From contig CAVYTU010000013.1 of the NCBI GenBank assembly GCA_963771465.1, forward strand, positions 436,000 through 499,999: DNA of 64,000 nt, written 5' to 3'. How positions within the stretch are numbered: position 1 is the stretch's first letter; the number at the start of each line of letters is the position of its first letter. Below are positions 31,388 to 42,130 of this stretch, piece by piece. This DNA comes from an uncultured delta proteobacterium (lineage in GTDB: Bacteria > Desulfobacterota > Binatia > UBA9968). The notes under the pieces are model-generated. The model saw only the letters and a program-made list of their open reading frames with translations. It was not told where the DNA came from and did no database searches. The position numbers and the translations under genes were made by a program.

Positions 31388-31462
31388 GTGTCTGCGGATG
31401 CCATGCGCCCACATGGTTGCGCGCGCATCTGCATCGCACGCCGGCGAATAGGAGGAAAAAAC

Positions 31463-32248
31463 ATGGCAAAAGTGACGTATGACAAAGAGCTCACCGCACT
31501 TCTGGTGATCGATCCGTACAACGATTTCATTTCCGAGGGAGGCAAGGTATGGGATCGCTTGAAGGCGGTTGCAGAACAAAACGGTTGTGTTCCTCATATG
31601 TTGCAGGTCCTGAATGCGGCGCGGAAGGCGGAGCTTCGCGTCTTTTATGCGCTGCATCGTCGATACCGTCCAGGCGACTACGAGAGTTGGAAGTACATTG
31701 CGCCTGTCCAGAAGGCAGCGTGGTCGCGGAAGACCTTCGAATACGGCACGTGGGGCGGCGAGATCCGCAGCGAATTCGTACCGCAAGCCGGCGACATCGT
31801 GGCGCTCGAGCATTGGTGCTCCAGTGGTTTTGCCAATACTGATTTGGATTTGCAGCTCAAGAAACACGGCATCCATCAGCTCATCGTCATGGGACTCATC
31901 GCACACACCTGTGTGGAGGCAACTGTTCGTTATGCCGCTGAGCTTGGCTACGAGGTCACGATGGTAAAAGACGCGACCGCGAGTTACTCGGATGAGGAGA
32001 TGCATGCCGCTCTCGACATCAATATCCCGAACTACGCCAGTGCCATTGTGACTACAGATGAAATCATTGACTCGATCTGCTTCTCTCTCAACAATCGGCT
32101 GGAAATTTATAGGAGGATTTATGGAAACTACCAAAATCGCAAAAGTCGAGTCGGTCGACATGAAGCTCGAAGTCGTGGTACTCGGCGTTTCCGACGTCGA
32201 CCGCGCCAAGGCGTTCTATCAAAATCTCGGCTGGCGGCTCGACGCTGA
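31463..32248 (+). CDS. Isochorismatase-family cysteine hydrolase (true end probably near 32110)
   Basis: ALLVIDPYNDF, SGFANTDL, HTCVEAT; overlap with the next gene suggests an indel. Confidence 0.88.
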   Translation: MAKVTYDKELTALLVIDPYNDFISEGGKVWDRLKAVAEQNGCVPHMLQVLNAARKAELRVFYALHRRYRPGDYESWKYIAPVQKAAWSRKTFEYGTWGGEIRSEFVPQAGDIVALEHWCSSGFANTDLDLQLKKHGIHQLIVMGLIAHTCVEATVRYAAELGYEVTMVKDATASYSDEEMHAALDINIPNYASAIVTTDEIIDSICFSLNNRLEIYRRIYGNYQNRKSRVGRHEARSRGTRRFRRRPRQGVLSKSRLAARR

Positions 32249-32819
32249 CTTCACGGCGGGCGACGACTTTCGCGTCGTGCAGCTGACGCCGCACAACTCG
32301 CCAGCCTCGATCATCTTCGGCAAAGGAGTCACGGCGGCGAAGCCCGGCTCGGCGGAGAGCCTGACCCTCGCCGTGAACGACATCGACGCCGCTCGCGACG
32401 AGTTGATCGCCCGCGGGGTCGACGTGAGCGAGGTCTTCCACTATGCCGGCGGCCCCTTCAACAACGCCGTGGAGAACCCGCGCGTCGGCGGGCCCGACCC
32501 GCAAGGTCGTTCCTACTACTCATTTGCCTCGTTCGAGGACCCGGACGGGAACGGCTGGCTGCTCCAGGAGATCCAGACGCGGCTCCCCGGCCGCGAGTGG
32601 AAGTCGCCGGCACAAGCCGTGGACGTTGCAACCCTTGCAGAGCTCCTCCACGAGACGGCGGAGCACCACGGCAACTTCGAGAAAACGCACGCCGAGCATC
32701 ACTGGTGGGACTGGTACGCGCCCTATCTGAGCGCGCGTCAGAACGGCAGCAGTCCGGAGATGGCAGAAGCCTCCGCCGATCGCTACATGGAGGAGATCCT
32801 TCATGTGCTTAGCCGATGA
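32121..32819 (+). CDS. VOC/glyoxalase protein with C-terminal extension
   Basis: VSDVDRAKAFY, FEDPDGNGWLLQE; tail HHWWDWYAPY; AGGAGG RBS. Confidence 0.9.
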   Translation: METTKIAKVESVDMKLEVVVLGVSDVDRAKAFYQNLGWRLDADFTAGDDFRVVQLTPHNSPASIIFGKGVTAAKPGSAESLTLAVNDIDAARDELIARGVDVSEVFHYAGGPFNNAVENPRVGGPDPQGRSYYSFASFEDPDGNGWLLQEIQTRLPGREWKSPAQAVDVATLAELLHETAEHHGNFEKTHAEHHWWDWYAPYLSARQNGSSPEMAEASADRYMEEILHVLSR

Positions 32820-32820
32820 T

Positions 32821-33002
32821 GTGTCCACCATTACCCTCGAAGATGATGCCAATGGTGCACCACACTCTGACGGCAGTTAATATGCCAAGAAATTCACGGG
32901 CAAGCGGACGCACCGTATCTCATCAAGGGCGTAGGGCACAATCTGCCTCAAGAAGCGCCGCAGGCCATTGCCTAAGCTGTCGTCGGAGTCGATGGTTACT
33001 GA
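32821..33002 (+). pseudogene. Decayed 3' fragment of an alpha/beta hydrolase
   Basis: Manual reading TITLE.DANGAPH...YAKKF.G...GVGHNLPQEAPQA with internal stops. Confidence 0.75.
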
Positions 33003-33139
33003 TCGGCGTTAATTTTCATAGGGCAGCCTATTTTCCAATTGGAAAGAGATAAGTGTCTGAAGAAATCTCTTCGTGTAAAGACATAACGGTTATCCCATGA
33101 TCCCATGCCGGAACTCGATTACCGGAACAAGAGGTCCGT

Positions 33140-33811
33140 ATGAATTCTGCCACGAAAATTATCTCCGTTAATGTCGGTCTTCCGCGGGTCGTCATGAGCA
33201 ACGGCGATCCGGTATCGACGGGAATTTTCAAAGAGCCGGTAGCCGGCCGTGTCGTGCTGAGAACGCTCAATCTCGACGGCGACCGTCAGGCCGATCTCTC
33301 AGTTCACGGCGGACCGAGCAAGGCAGTCTATGCTTATCCCTCCGAACACTACGAATACTGGAAGCGCGAATTGCCCGAGATCAAACTCCCCTGGGGCATG
33401 TTCGGTGAGAACTTCACGACCAAGGGAGTGTTGGAAGCCGAACTAAACATCGGCGACAAGTTTCGCGTCGGCTCTGCCACCGTGATGATAACCGAACCGC
33501 GCATGCCTTGTTATAAGCTCGGCATCAAGTTCGGCCGCTCTGACATGGTTAAGAAGTTCATGGCGAGCGCGCGCACGGGGTTTTATTTTGCGGTGCTGCA
33601 AGAGGGTGAAGTCGGAGCGGGTGACGCAATCGAACTGATCGAAACAAGCAAAGACAGGTTCAAGCTCAGCGACATCACCGCCCTCTATACTCACGAGAAG
33701 CACAACATCGGATTGCTTCGCCGGGCAATTGAAGTCGAGGCTCTTCCCGAAAGTTGGAAGAACTATTTTCAGCAGCGACTTGAGAAATTAACTGGCCCTT
33801 CACAACATTGA
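33140..33811 (+). CDS. MOSC domain protein (YiiM-like), copy 2
   Basis: Highly similar to 27273-27944. Confidence 0.95.
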   Translation: MNSATKIISVNVGLPRVVMSNGDPVSTGIFKEPVAGRVVLRTLNLDGDRQADLSVHGGPSKAVYAYPSEHYEYWKRELPEIKLPWGMFGENFTTKGVLEAELNIGDKFRVGSATVMITEPRMPCYKLGIKFGRSDMVKKFMASARTGFYFAVLQEGEVGAGDAIELIETSKDRFKLSDITALYTHEKHNIGLLRRAIEVEALPESWKNYFQQRLEKLTGPSQH

Positions 33812-33886
33812 CCATGTAGGGCGGCTCGACGCCTATCACTTCAGCGCTCGGCTGATTTAGCGATGCGTCGAACGGCCATGGCCATC

Positions 33887-33979
33887 TGCCGATATTTCAG
33901 CAAATGCTGAATATTCGGCAGTCTCTTTCATCCCTGAGTGTAAATATTTCAGAAGGTTACACGCGGTCTCTTCATTGCA
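33887..33979 (+). promoter_or_regulatory. sigma54 promoter with tandem palindromic upstream sites (copy 2)
   Basis: TGCCGAtattTCAGCA plus TGCTGAatatTCGGCA; TGTAA-N13-TTACA; CGGTCTCTTCATTGCA. Confidence 0.7.
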
Positions 33980-34014
33980 TTTCTGTTTTGTCGTTACCGT
34001 CACAGAAATCGCAG

Positions 34015-34278
34015 ATGACTTTGAAAATTGAAAAAGTTTCCGCCGGGCCAAAGACGATCATCCGCCTGAGCGGTCGGCTGCGCTCGGAGCATCTCGATGA
34101 ATTCAAGACCCAAATAGAAGGCGATCAGTCGATTGCGTTGGATCTGGACGGCGTGACTCTCGTCGACGTGGAGGTCGTTCGCTTTCTCAATGGCTGCAAA
34201 GAGAACAACGTCGAACTGCTCCACTGCTCGCCCTTCATACGAGAATGGATGCTCCGTGAGCAAGACAGAAAAGAATAA
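34015..34278 (+). CDS. Small STAS-like protein
   Basis: IRLSGRL, LDLDGVTLVD.EVVRFL, SPFIREW. Confidence 0.8.
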   Translation: MTLKIEKVSAGPKTIIRLSGRLRSEHLDEFKTQIEGDQSIALDLDGVTLVDVEVVRFLNGCKENNVELLHCSPFIREWMLREQDRKE

Positions 34279-34333
34279 GCCGAATAGCAATTTTTGCTAA
34301 TAAAATTAGGACACAGGTAAAGGAGATTTTCCA

Positions 34334-35168
34334 ATGCCATTTATATCTGTCGGGAAGGAAAATTCCCAAGACATCGAAATTTACTACAAGGACTGGGGCA
34401 GCGGGCAGCCCGTGGTGTTTAGCCATGGCTGGCCGCTGAGCGCGGACGCCTGGGAAGACCAGATGTTCTATCTGACATCGCGCGGCTATCGCTGCATCGC
34501 CCATGATCGTCGCGGCCATGGCCGGTCGAGCCAACCGTGGAATGGCAATGAAATGGATACTTACGCTGACGACCTGGCGAAGTTGGTCGATGCGCTCGAC
34601 TTGAAGAATGCGATCCACGTCGGCCACTCGACAGGCGGCGGTGAAGTCGCTCGCTACATCGGCCGCCACGGCACCAAGCGCGTGGCCAAGGCTGTGCTGA
34701 TTGGCGCGGTGCCGCCGCTGATGTTGAAGACCACCGCCAACCCTGGCGGACTGCCGATGGAAGTCTTCGATCAGCATCCGCGCCGGCGTCGTCGCCGACC
34801 GCTCGCAATTCTTCAAAGAGCTGACGTTGCCATTCTACGGCTACAACCGGCCGGCGGCGAAAGTTTCCGAAGGGGTTCGAAACTCGTTCTGGTTGCAGGG
34901 GATGATGGCCGGATTTCCCGCGGCCTACTTTTGCATCAAGGCATTCTCCGAGACCGACTTCACCGAAGATTTGCAGAAGATCGACGTGCCGACGCTGATC
35001 ATGCACGGCGACGACGACCAGATCGTGCCGATCGGCGCGTCGGCCATGCTCTCGTCCAAGCTCGTCAAAGGCGCCGCGTTGAAAGTCTATCCCGGCCTGC
35101 CGCACGGCATGTGCTCGACGCACAAGGATCAGGTCAATGAGGACCTGCTCGCATTCATCAAGTCGTAG
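34334..35168 (+). CDS. Non-heme chloroperoxidase-like alpha/beta hydrolase (frameshift near 34778)
   Basis: [35 protein letters not shown]. Confidence 0.92.
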
Positions 35169-35246
35169 ACGAGCGCGCCTCGCCGATTTCCGAGGGCAGA
35201 TTGACCACAACTAGCAGAAAACCTCCGCGCATGACCAACGAAGGAG

Positions 35247-36287
35247 ATGCACATGCGATATCGACTTTTGGGCAACAGCGGACTTAGAGTTTCGGAGGCA
35301 GCGCTCGGCACCATGACCTTCGGCGATGACTGGGGTTGGGGCAGCGCGAAGGACGAGGCGCGAAAGGTGTACGACGCTTTCCGCGAAGCCGGAGGCAATT
35401 TCATCGACACTGCTAACATGTATACGAACGGGACGAGCGAATCGTTCCTCGGCGAGTTTATGCAAGGCCACCGCCAGAGCGTGGTGTTGGCGACGAAGTA
35501 CACCAATGCCGCGCCAGGAACAGACCCGAACGCAGCCGGCAACCAGCGCAAGAATATGGTGCAGTCAGTAGAAGCGAGCCTCAAGCGGCTGCGAACCGAT
35601 TATATCGATCTCTACTGGGTCCACGCCTGGGATCAGTTGACGCCAGTAGAAGAGGTCATGCGTGGTCTGGATGACCTGGTTCGCCAAGGCAAGGTGCTCT
35701 ACGTCGGCATCTCTGACGCCCCGGCCTGGTGGATCGCGCAGGCGAACACGCTGTCGCAGCTGCGGGGATGGTCGCCGTTCATCGGGTTGCAGATCGAATA
35801 CAGCCTGATCGAGCGAACCGTCGAGCGGGAACTGATCCCGATGGCCAAGGCGCTGAACCTCGGCGTGACCGCGTGGTCGCCGCTAGCCTATGGCGTGCTG
35901 ACGGGCAAGTACCACGGCCACGGATCATCCGAGTCGGGCCGTATGAGCAGCGACATGATGAAGGGGTTGATGCCGGAGCAACAGCGGACCGAGCGCATCG
36001 TCGCTGGCCGTTAAGACTGTGTCCGATGAGACCGGTCGCAGCATGGCGCAGGTCGCGTTGGCGTGGCTTCGCTACCGCCCCGTGCCGGTCATCCCCATAT
36101 CGGCGCGCGAAAACTTTCTCAATTGCAGGACAACCTCGCGAGCTTCGACCTGACCCTGTCAGCGGACCAATTAAAGACCCTTGATGAAGCAAGCCGGATT
36201 GAACTCGGATTCCCGCAGGACTTTTATGCCAAAGAGTTGCCCCGTGCATTTATCTACGGCGGTTTGCGAGATCAGATCTTGGCATAG
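35247..36287 (+). CDS. Aldo/keto reductase (frameshifts near 36008 and 36100)
   Basis: LGTMTFG, DTANMY, TDYIDLYW, WSPL, GARKLSQL. Confidence 0.92.
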
Positions 36288-36305
36288 GACGTCATAAGAG
36301 GGCGT

Positions 36306-37100
36306 ATGCAAATTGAAACGCAGACACGAGAAGCAGATTTTGACGGCAGACGAATTCTGGTTACGGGTGGAACCAGGGGCATTGGCGAAGCTCTTGTCGA
36401 GCGCCTCATTCGCGGCGGCGGAAAAGTTATCTGCACCGCACGATCCCTGCCTGCCGGCGGCGTGAACGATCGGTTCGTCCAAGCAGACGTCAGCACGCGC
36501 GAAGGGATCGATCAGGTCGTCAAGGCCACGGTGGATCGTCTCGGCGGCCTCGACATCTTGATCCACAACGTGGGCGGTTCTGCGGCGCCGGGCGGGGGCG
36601 CATTAGCGCTGTCCGATGACGATTGGCAACATGCGTTCGACACGAATTTGTTCGCCGCCGTCCGACTGGATCGCGCCTTCCTTCCAGCGATGTTGAAGCA
36701 AGGCTCGGGGGTGATCATCCATATCTCTTCCATCCAGCGAACGCTGCCGCTCTATGAAGCCACCTTGGCCTACGCCGCCGCAAAGGCCGCCCTGACGAAC
36801 TACAGCAAGGGTCTCTCCAAGGAGGTCGGTTCCAAGGGCATTCGCGTGAACTCGGTTGCGCCCGGTTACACGGAAACCGAGGCCGCGCAGGGAATGGTCA
36901 ATGAAATCGCGCAACGAACGGGTATCAGCAAGGATGCCGCAAGGCAACGCATCATGGACTCTCTCGGCGGCATCCCGCTAGGCAGGCCGAACCGACCTGA
37001 GGAAGTCGCCGAACTGGTCGCATTCCTGGCATCGGACCGAGCTTCTTCCATCACCGGAAGCGAGTACGTCATCGACGGCGGGACAATCCCGACGATTTAA
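36306..37100 (+). CDS. SDR family oxidoreductase
   Basis: TGGTRGIG, YAAAK, IDGG. Confidence 0.95.
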   Translation: MQIETQTREADFDGRRILVTGGTRGIGEALVERLIRGGGKVICTARSLPAGGVNDRFVQADVSTREGIDQVVKATVDRLGGLDILIHNVGGSAAPGGGALALSDDDWQHAFDTNLFAAVRLDRAFLPAMLKQGSGVIIHISSIQRTLPLYEATLAYAAAKAALTNYSKGLSKEVGSKGIRVNSVAPGYTETEAAQGMVNEIAQRTGISKDAARQRIMDSLGGIPLGRPNRPEEVAELVAFLASDRASSITGSEYVIDGGTIPTI

Positions 37101-37121
37101 GCCATGGGAAGGAAAAATATT

Positions 37122-37334
37122 ATGCCGATCAAACAGCACAGAGTCATCAAGACTACTTTGGGAGAGCTCGTCGTTGCGGTGACGGACGAAGTCATGACTT
37201 TTGTCCGCGAACCATCAGCCCTGTACCCGGTGGCGTCGAGTATCATTAATGATCTCTTAGCACGCCATCGTCTGCGCGTTCACAAGTGGTCACGAGGAAA
37301 ATACTCAAGTTGTTTGTCTAGAGCGCTGCATTGA
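37122..37334 (+). CDS. Small hypothetical protein
   Basis: KTTLGELVVAVTDEV; AAGGA RBS; sits within the operon. Confidence 0.6.
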   Translation: MPIKQHRVIKTTLGELVVAVTDEVMTFVREPSALYPVASSIINDLLARHRLRVHKWSRGKYSSCLSRALH

Positions 37335-37404
37335 TTGCTACTCGGCCGAAGCGATATGCCCTCAGAACCGAGAGGCCGTTGAGATTTGGTCAAGGAGAAA
37401 TCTC

Positions 37405-38463
37405 ATGCGATACAAGATTTTCGGACGGCGAACCGGATTGCGCGTATCTGAACTCGCTTTGGGCGCCGGCAACTTCGGCACGCGCTGGGGGCATGGGGCG
37501 GAGCGCGCGGAAGCGAAAAAAGTCTTCGATGGCTACGTCGAAATCGGTGGCAACTTTATCGATACCGCCGATAGCTACCAGTTCGGCGAGTCCGAGGAAT
37601 TGGTCGGCGACTTTATCGCGTCGGATCGCGATTATTTCGTCGTCGCGACCAAATATACGCTGGGAACGACCGCGACCGATGGTATCCCGCGCACGGGCAA
37701 CAGCCGGAAGAACATGATTCGCTCCGTCGAAGGAAGTCTTAAACGGCTCAAGACGGATCGCATCGATCTTTACTGGGCTCACTTCGCCGACGGCATGACG
37801 CCGATGGAGGAAATCCTCCGTGGCTTCGACGATCTGGTGCGCGCCGGCAAGATTCTCTACGCCGGCCTTTCCAACTTTCCCGCCTGGCGTGTTGCCCGCG
37901 GCGATCTCTTGGCGGAATTGCGCGGCTGGTCGCCCATCGCCGGCATTCAGATCGAGTATAGCCTCGCCGAGCGCACGGCGGATCGCGAGTTATTGCCGAT
38001 GGCCGAAGCGCTCGGCTTGGGAGCCGCGCTATGGTCGCCGCTCGGCGGCGGATTTCTCACCGGAAAATATCGCCAGAGCGACGCGGGGCGCATCAACTCG
38101 GTTCTTGCCAGGTTGGTCCACACCGAGAAGACGGCGCGCGAGAGCGCGATCCTCGATGCGGTGATGGCGGTGGCAAAGGATGCCGGAGCGTCGCCGACAG
38201 AGGTCGCCATCGCCTGGCTGCTGCACAAAGCGCGAGAATCCACGACGGCGCTGATTCCAATCCTCGGTCCGCGCACGCCGGAACAACTGGCGGGGACGCT
38301 AAGCGCCCTTAACCTACATCTCGCGGAAAATCAGATCGCGCGACTCGATGAGACCAGTCAGATTGCGCTCGGCACACCGCACGAGCAGATCCAGGGTTCT
38401 AAGGCCGCCATCGCGGGCGGCAAGCCCGAGTTGCTCGACGTGGCAAACATTCCGGCGGCGTAG
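37405..38463 (+). CDS. Aldo/keto reductase
   Basis: DTADSY, TDRIDLYW, WSPLGGG. Confidence 0.95.
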   Translation: MRYKIFGRRTGLRVSELALGAGNFGTRWGHGAERAEAKKVFDGYVEIGGNFIDTADSYQFGESEELVGDFIASDRDYFVVATKYTLGTTATDGIPRTGNSRKNMIRSVEGSLKRLKTDRIDLYWAHFADGMTPMEEILRGFDDLVRAGKILYAGLSNFPAWRVARGDLLAELRGWSPIAGIQIEYSLAERTADRELLPMAEALGLGAALWSPLGGGFLTGKYRQSDAGRINSVLARLVHTEKTARESAILDAVMAVAKDAGASPTEVAIAWLLHKARESTTALIPILGPRTPEQLAGTLSALNLHLAENQIARLDETSQIALGTPHEQIQGSKAAIAGGKPELLDVANIPAA

Positions 38464-38502
38464 ACGTGAAAGAGAATAAGCAGACATAGCATAGGAGGAC
38501 AG

Positions 38503-39525
38503 ATGGCAAAGATGCGTGTAGCGCAAGTCACTCGTCCCAAGGGACCTCTGGAAATTGTTGAACGCGAAATCCCCGAACCCGGCGTCGGTTCGGTGCGTCT
38601 CAAAGTCGAAGCGTGCGGCATCTGTCACAGCGATGCGATGACCAAGGAAGGAACCTGGCCGGGCATCGAATATCCGCGCGTTCCGGGGCATGAGGTCGCC
38701 GGACTAATCGACGCGGTTGGCGCGGGCGTCGTCGGCTGGGTCGAGGGGCAGCGGGTGGGAGTCGGCTGGCACGGCGGCCATTGCGGCTACTGCGACTCCT
38801 GCCGCCGCGGTGACTTCGTCACCTGCCAGGTCGCGCCCAAAGTTCCCGGCATCGCCTATGACGGTGGCTACGCCGAATACATGATCGCGCCGGCCAGCGC
38901 GCTGGCGTCCATCCCCGAAGGACTTTCCGCGGTGGACGCGGGGCCGTTGATGTGCGCGGGCATCACTACGTTCAATTCCCTGCGCAACAGCGGCGCCCGG
39001 CCCGGCGATCTAGTCGCTGTACTCGGTATCGGCGGCCTCGGCCACCTGGGCGTGCAGTACGCGGCGAAGATGGGTTTCAAAACCGTTGCGATTGCCCGCG
39101 GCTTAGACAAGGAACCACTGGCGAAAAAACTCGGTGCTTGTGCCTACATCGATAGCAAAACCCAGGATCCCGCAGCGGAGTTGCTGAAGCTGGGCGGCGC
39201 CAAGGTCGTGCTAGCGACGGCAACGAGCGGCGAGGCGATGAGCGCGACCCTGGGCGGTCTGGCAGTGAACGGAAATTTGATCATCCTCGGCGCCACCGAC
39301 GAACCACTGACGATTCCCGCGATACCGCTGATATTAGGGCGGCGGTCGATCATGGGCTGGCCGTCCGGCAGCTCCATCGATTCGCAGGATACGCTCTCCT
39401 TCAGCGTGCTCACCGGCGTGCGGGCCATGAATGAAATTTTTCCGCTGGAGCGCGCCGCCGAAGCCTATGAACACATGATGAGCGGCAAGGCGCGTTTTCG
39501 CGCCGTGCTCACCACCGGCCATTAA
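38503..39525 (+). CDS. Zn-dependent alcohol dehydrogenase
   Basis: CHSD, GHE, CGYCDSC...C, GIGGLG. Confidence 0.95.
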   Translation: MAKMRVAQVTRPKGPLEIVEREIPEPGVGSVRLKVEACGICHSDAMTKEGTWPGIEYPRVPGHEVAGLIDAVGAGVVGWVEGQRVGVGWHGGHCGYCDSCRRGDFVTCQVAPKVPGIAYDGGYAEYMIAPASALASIPEGLSAVDAGPLMCAGITTFNSLRNSGARPGDLVAVLGIGGLGHLGVQYAAKMGFKTVAIARGLDKEPLAKKLGACAYIDSKTQDPAAELLKLGGAKVVLATATSGEAMSATLGGLAVNGNLIILGATDEPLTIPAIPLILGRRSIMGWPSGSSIDSQDTLSFSVLTGVRAMNEIFPLERAAEAYEHMMSGKARFRAVLTTGH

Positions 39526-39563
39526 TTGAGGGACAGGATCAAGTTGAGAATGGTGCATCGTCT

Positions 39564-41243
39564 ATGATTGATACAGATATTCCGAGTCCGCTGACGCTTT
39601 CCTCGGGCGCCGAGCGCATGTTTCCAACCTTGACGCCGGCGCAGATTAAACGCATCGCCGGGCATGGACGGGCGCGTTCGATCCAATCTGGAGAGGTGCT
39701 CATCGAGGCGGGAGCGCAAGGTGTGCCGTTTTTCGTCGTGACCGCAGGTCGGCTCGAGGTTGTCCGGCCATCCGGCAGCACCGAGACGCTCGTCGCGGTC
39801 CATGGACCGGGTCAGTTCACCGGCGAGGTCAATATGCTTTCCGGCCGCCCCGCACTGGTCCGATCGCGCGCCAGCGAGCCGGGCGAAGTGATCGAGCTGG
39901 ATCACGAACATTTTTTAACCCTGGTTCAGACCGACAGCGAACTCAGTGAGCTGATCATGCGGGCCTTCATCATTCGCCGAGTGGAGTTGATCGCGCATGG
40001 GCTCGGCGATGTCGTGCTGGTCGGATCGAATCATTGCTCTGGAACGCTGCGCGTCAAAGAGTTCCTGACGCGCAACGGCCATCCCTACTCCTACATCGAT
40101 CTCGACCGCGACGCCGACGTTCAGGAATTGCTGGACCGATTTCATCTCACCGCCGCAGATGTGCCGGTGCTGATCTGCCGCGGCGAAGCGGTGCTGCGCA
40201 ACCCAACCAACCAGCAGATCGCGGCATGCCTCGGCTTCAACGAGGCCATCGACCAGACCCAGATACGCGATGTGATCATCGTCGGCGCGGGACCCGCGGG
40301 ACTGGCGGCGGCCGTGTATGCCGCATCGGAAGGACTCGATGTACTGGTGCTGGAAACCAACTCGCCAGGAGGACAGGCCGGTTCGAGCTCGAAGATCGAG
40401 AACTATCTTGGCTTTCCAACCGGGATCTCGGGTCAAGCCCTCGCCGGACGGGCTTATACCCAGGCGCAGAAGTTCGGCGCCCAGGTGATGATCGCGAAGG
40501 ACGCTAAACGCCTGGTGTGCGAGCGCAAGCCCTACGCCATTGAGATCGACGATGAGGTGCGCGTATTAGCGCGCTCCGTCATTATCGCGACTGGAGCCGC
40601 GTATCGGACACCTAACCTCGATAACCTGTCGCGCTTCGAGGGTGCGGGTGTTTACTACGGCGCGACATTTATGGAAGCGCAGTTGTGCCGAAATGAAGAA
40701 GTCGTTGTCGTCGGCGGCGGTAACTCGGCCGGCCAAGCCGCGGTGTTTCTGGCGCAGACCGCAAAACGGGTGCACATGCTCGTGCGCGCCAGCGGGCTGG
40801 CGGAGAGCATGTCGCGCTATCTGATCCGCCGCATCGAACAGAATCCGGCCATTGTCCTCAGAGCCGACAGCGAAATCGTCGCCATCGACGGGAGCGATCA
40901 CCTCGAACGGGTGCGCTGGCGAGAAGGTCAGACCGGCAAGATCGAAACCCATGATATCCGGCACCTATTCGTCATGACCGGCGCCATTCCCAGCACTCAG
41001 TGGCTTGCCGGATGCGTCGCCCTCGATGCCAAAGGCTTTATCAAGACCGGACCGGAACTGTCGCAGGACGATTTAACGGCCGCGCATTGGCCGCGCGCCA
41101 GGCCGCCCCATCTTCTCGAAACCAGTCTGCCCGGCGTGTTCGCGGTCGGTGACGTTCGCGGCGGCAATATCAAGCGCGTCGCATCGGCCGTGGGCGAGGG
41201 CTCCATCGCGATCTCTTTTGTCCATCAGGTGCTATCCGAATAG
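39564..41243 (+). CDS. cNMP-binding domain plus thioredoxin reductase-like flavoprotein
   Basis: GQFTGE; GAGPAG, SSKIENYLGFP, GGGNSAGQ, FAVGDVR; CxxC position reads YGAT. Confidence 0.92.
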   Translation: MIDTDIPSPLTLSSGAERMFPTLTPAQIKRIAGHGRARSIQSGEVLIEAGAQGVPFFVVTAGRLEVVRPSGSTETLVAVHGPGQFTGEVNMLSGRPALVRSRASEPGEVIELDHEHFLTLVQTDSELSELIMRAFIIRRVELIAHGLGDVVLVGSNHCSGTLRVKEFLTRNGHPYSYIDLDRDADVQELLDRFHLTAADVPVLICRGEAVLRNPTNQQIAACLGFNEAIDQTQIRDVIIVGAGPAGLAAAVYAASEGLDVLVLETNSPGGQAGSSSKIENYLGFPTGISGQALAGRAYTQAQKFGAQVMIAKDAKRLVCERKPYAIEIDDEVRVLARSVIIATGAAYRTPNLDNLSRFEGAGVYYGATFMEAQLCRNEEVVVVGGGNSAGQAAVFLAQTAKRVHMLVRASGLAESMSRYLIRRIEQNPAIVLRADSEIVAIDGSDHLERVRWREGQTGKIETHDIRHLFVMTGAIPSTQWLAGCVALDAKGFIKTGPELSQDDLTAAHWPRARPPHLLETSLPGVFAVGDVRGGNIKRVASAVGEGSIAISFVHQVLSE

Positions 41244-41250
41244 GAGAACG

Positions 41251-41526
41251 ATGACAATGGCACAAGCAACCTGCTCGCATATCGACGCTATTACCACCGT
41301 CAACGACGCCAAGCACCGGAGATGCGATGAGTGCGTGAAAATGAGCGGCCGGTGGGTCCATCTGCGGGTCTGTCAGGAATGCGGCGCGACCGGCTGTTGC
41401 GATGACTCGCCGAACCGCCACGCGACCGCGCACGCGCGCGCAAGCAAACACCCCGTGATCGCATCGGCAGAGCCGGGGGAACGTTGGCTGTACTGCTATC
41501 CGGACGATGCCTTTGCGGAATATTGA
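41251..41526 (+). CDS. UBP-type zinc finger protein
   Basis: CSH, CDEC, W.HLR.C..CG..GCCD.S..RHA..H, W.YCY. Confidence 0.92.
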   Translation: MTMAQATCSHIDAITTVNDAKHRRCDECVKMSGRWVHLRVCQECGATGCCDDSPNRHATAHARASKHPVIASAEPGERWLYCYPDDAFAEY

Positions 41527-41555
41527 ATCACCAGCCGTCCGCATGAAGTAAACAC

Positions 41556-41970
41556 ATGGAGGAAAAGCATATGATCGAGGACAACGAGAAGCGCGTTCGC
41601 GCTTTCTACGAAGCTACCGTGCCGGGCCATCGAGAGTCCTTGCGCGGTCTCCAATCGCCGCAGGTCGTCTACGATATGCCAAAAGGGATGCCCATCGGCT
41701 GCGGCCATTTCGAAGGGCCTTCAGGACGTGCTCGAGCGCTTTCTCACCAGCTTCTATGCAGCTCTCGACGTGCACTTCGTCGCCGAAGAATTCATCGCCC
41801 AAGGCGATGAGGTCGTCGCGCTCGGTCGCATCCAGGGAAAAACGCGAAAAGGCGGCGTGCCCGTCGATGTGCCTTTTGCCCATGTCTGGACCGTTCGCGA
41901 GGGTTATCTGCAACGAATGCGTGCATTCACCGACACCGCGCTGTTAGCCGACGCCCTGGAGAAAGACTGA
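41556..41970 (+). CDS. SnoaL/NTF2-like protein (frameshift near 41718)
   Basis: EEFIAQGDEVVALG, FAHVWTVREG, FTDT. Confidence 0.8.
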
Positions 41971-42130
41971 ACCGCTGCAGATGAGTTCCCATACCGGCGG
42001 GTTTGATCGGGAGCGCGCGGCGATCGTGGTTTTTTGCCGGATCAGACAGGACTTTTGAAAATACCGAAGAAGAAGTATTTCACATGCCGCAGTTTTAATA
42101 GTGTTAACTAATTTTCTCTAGGAGGAATTT

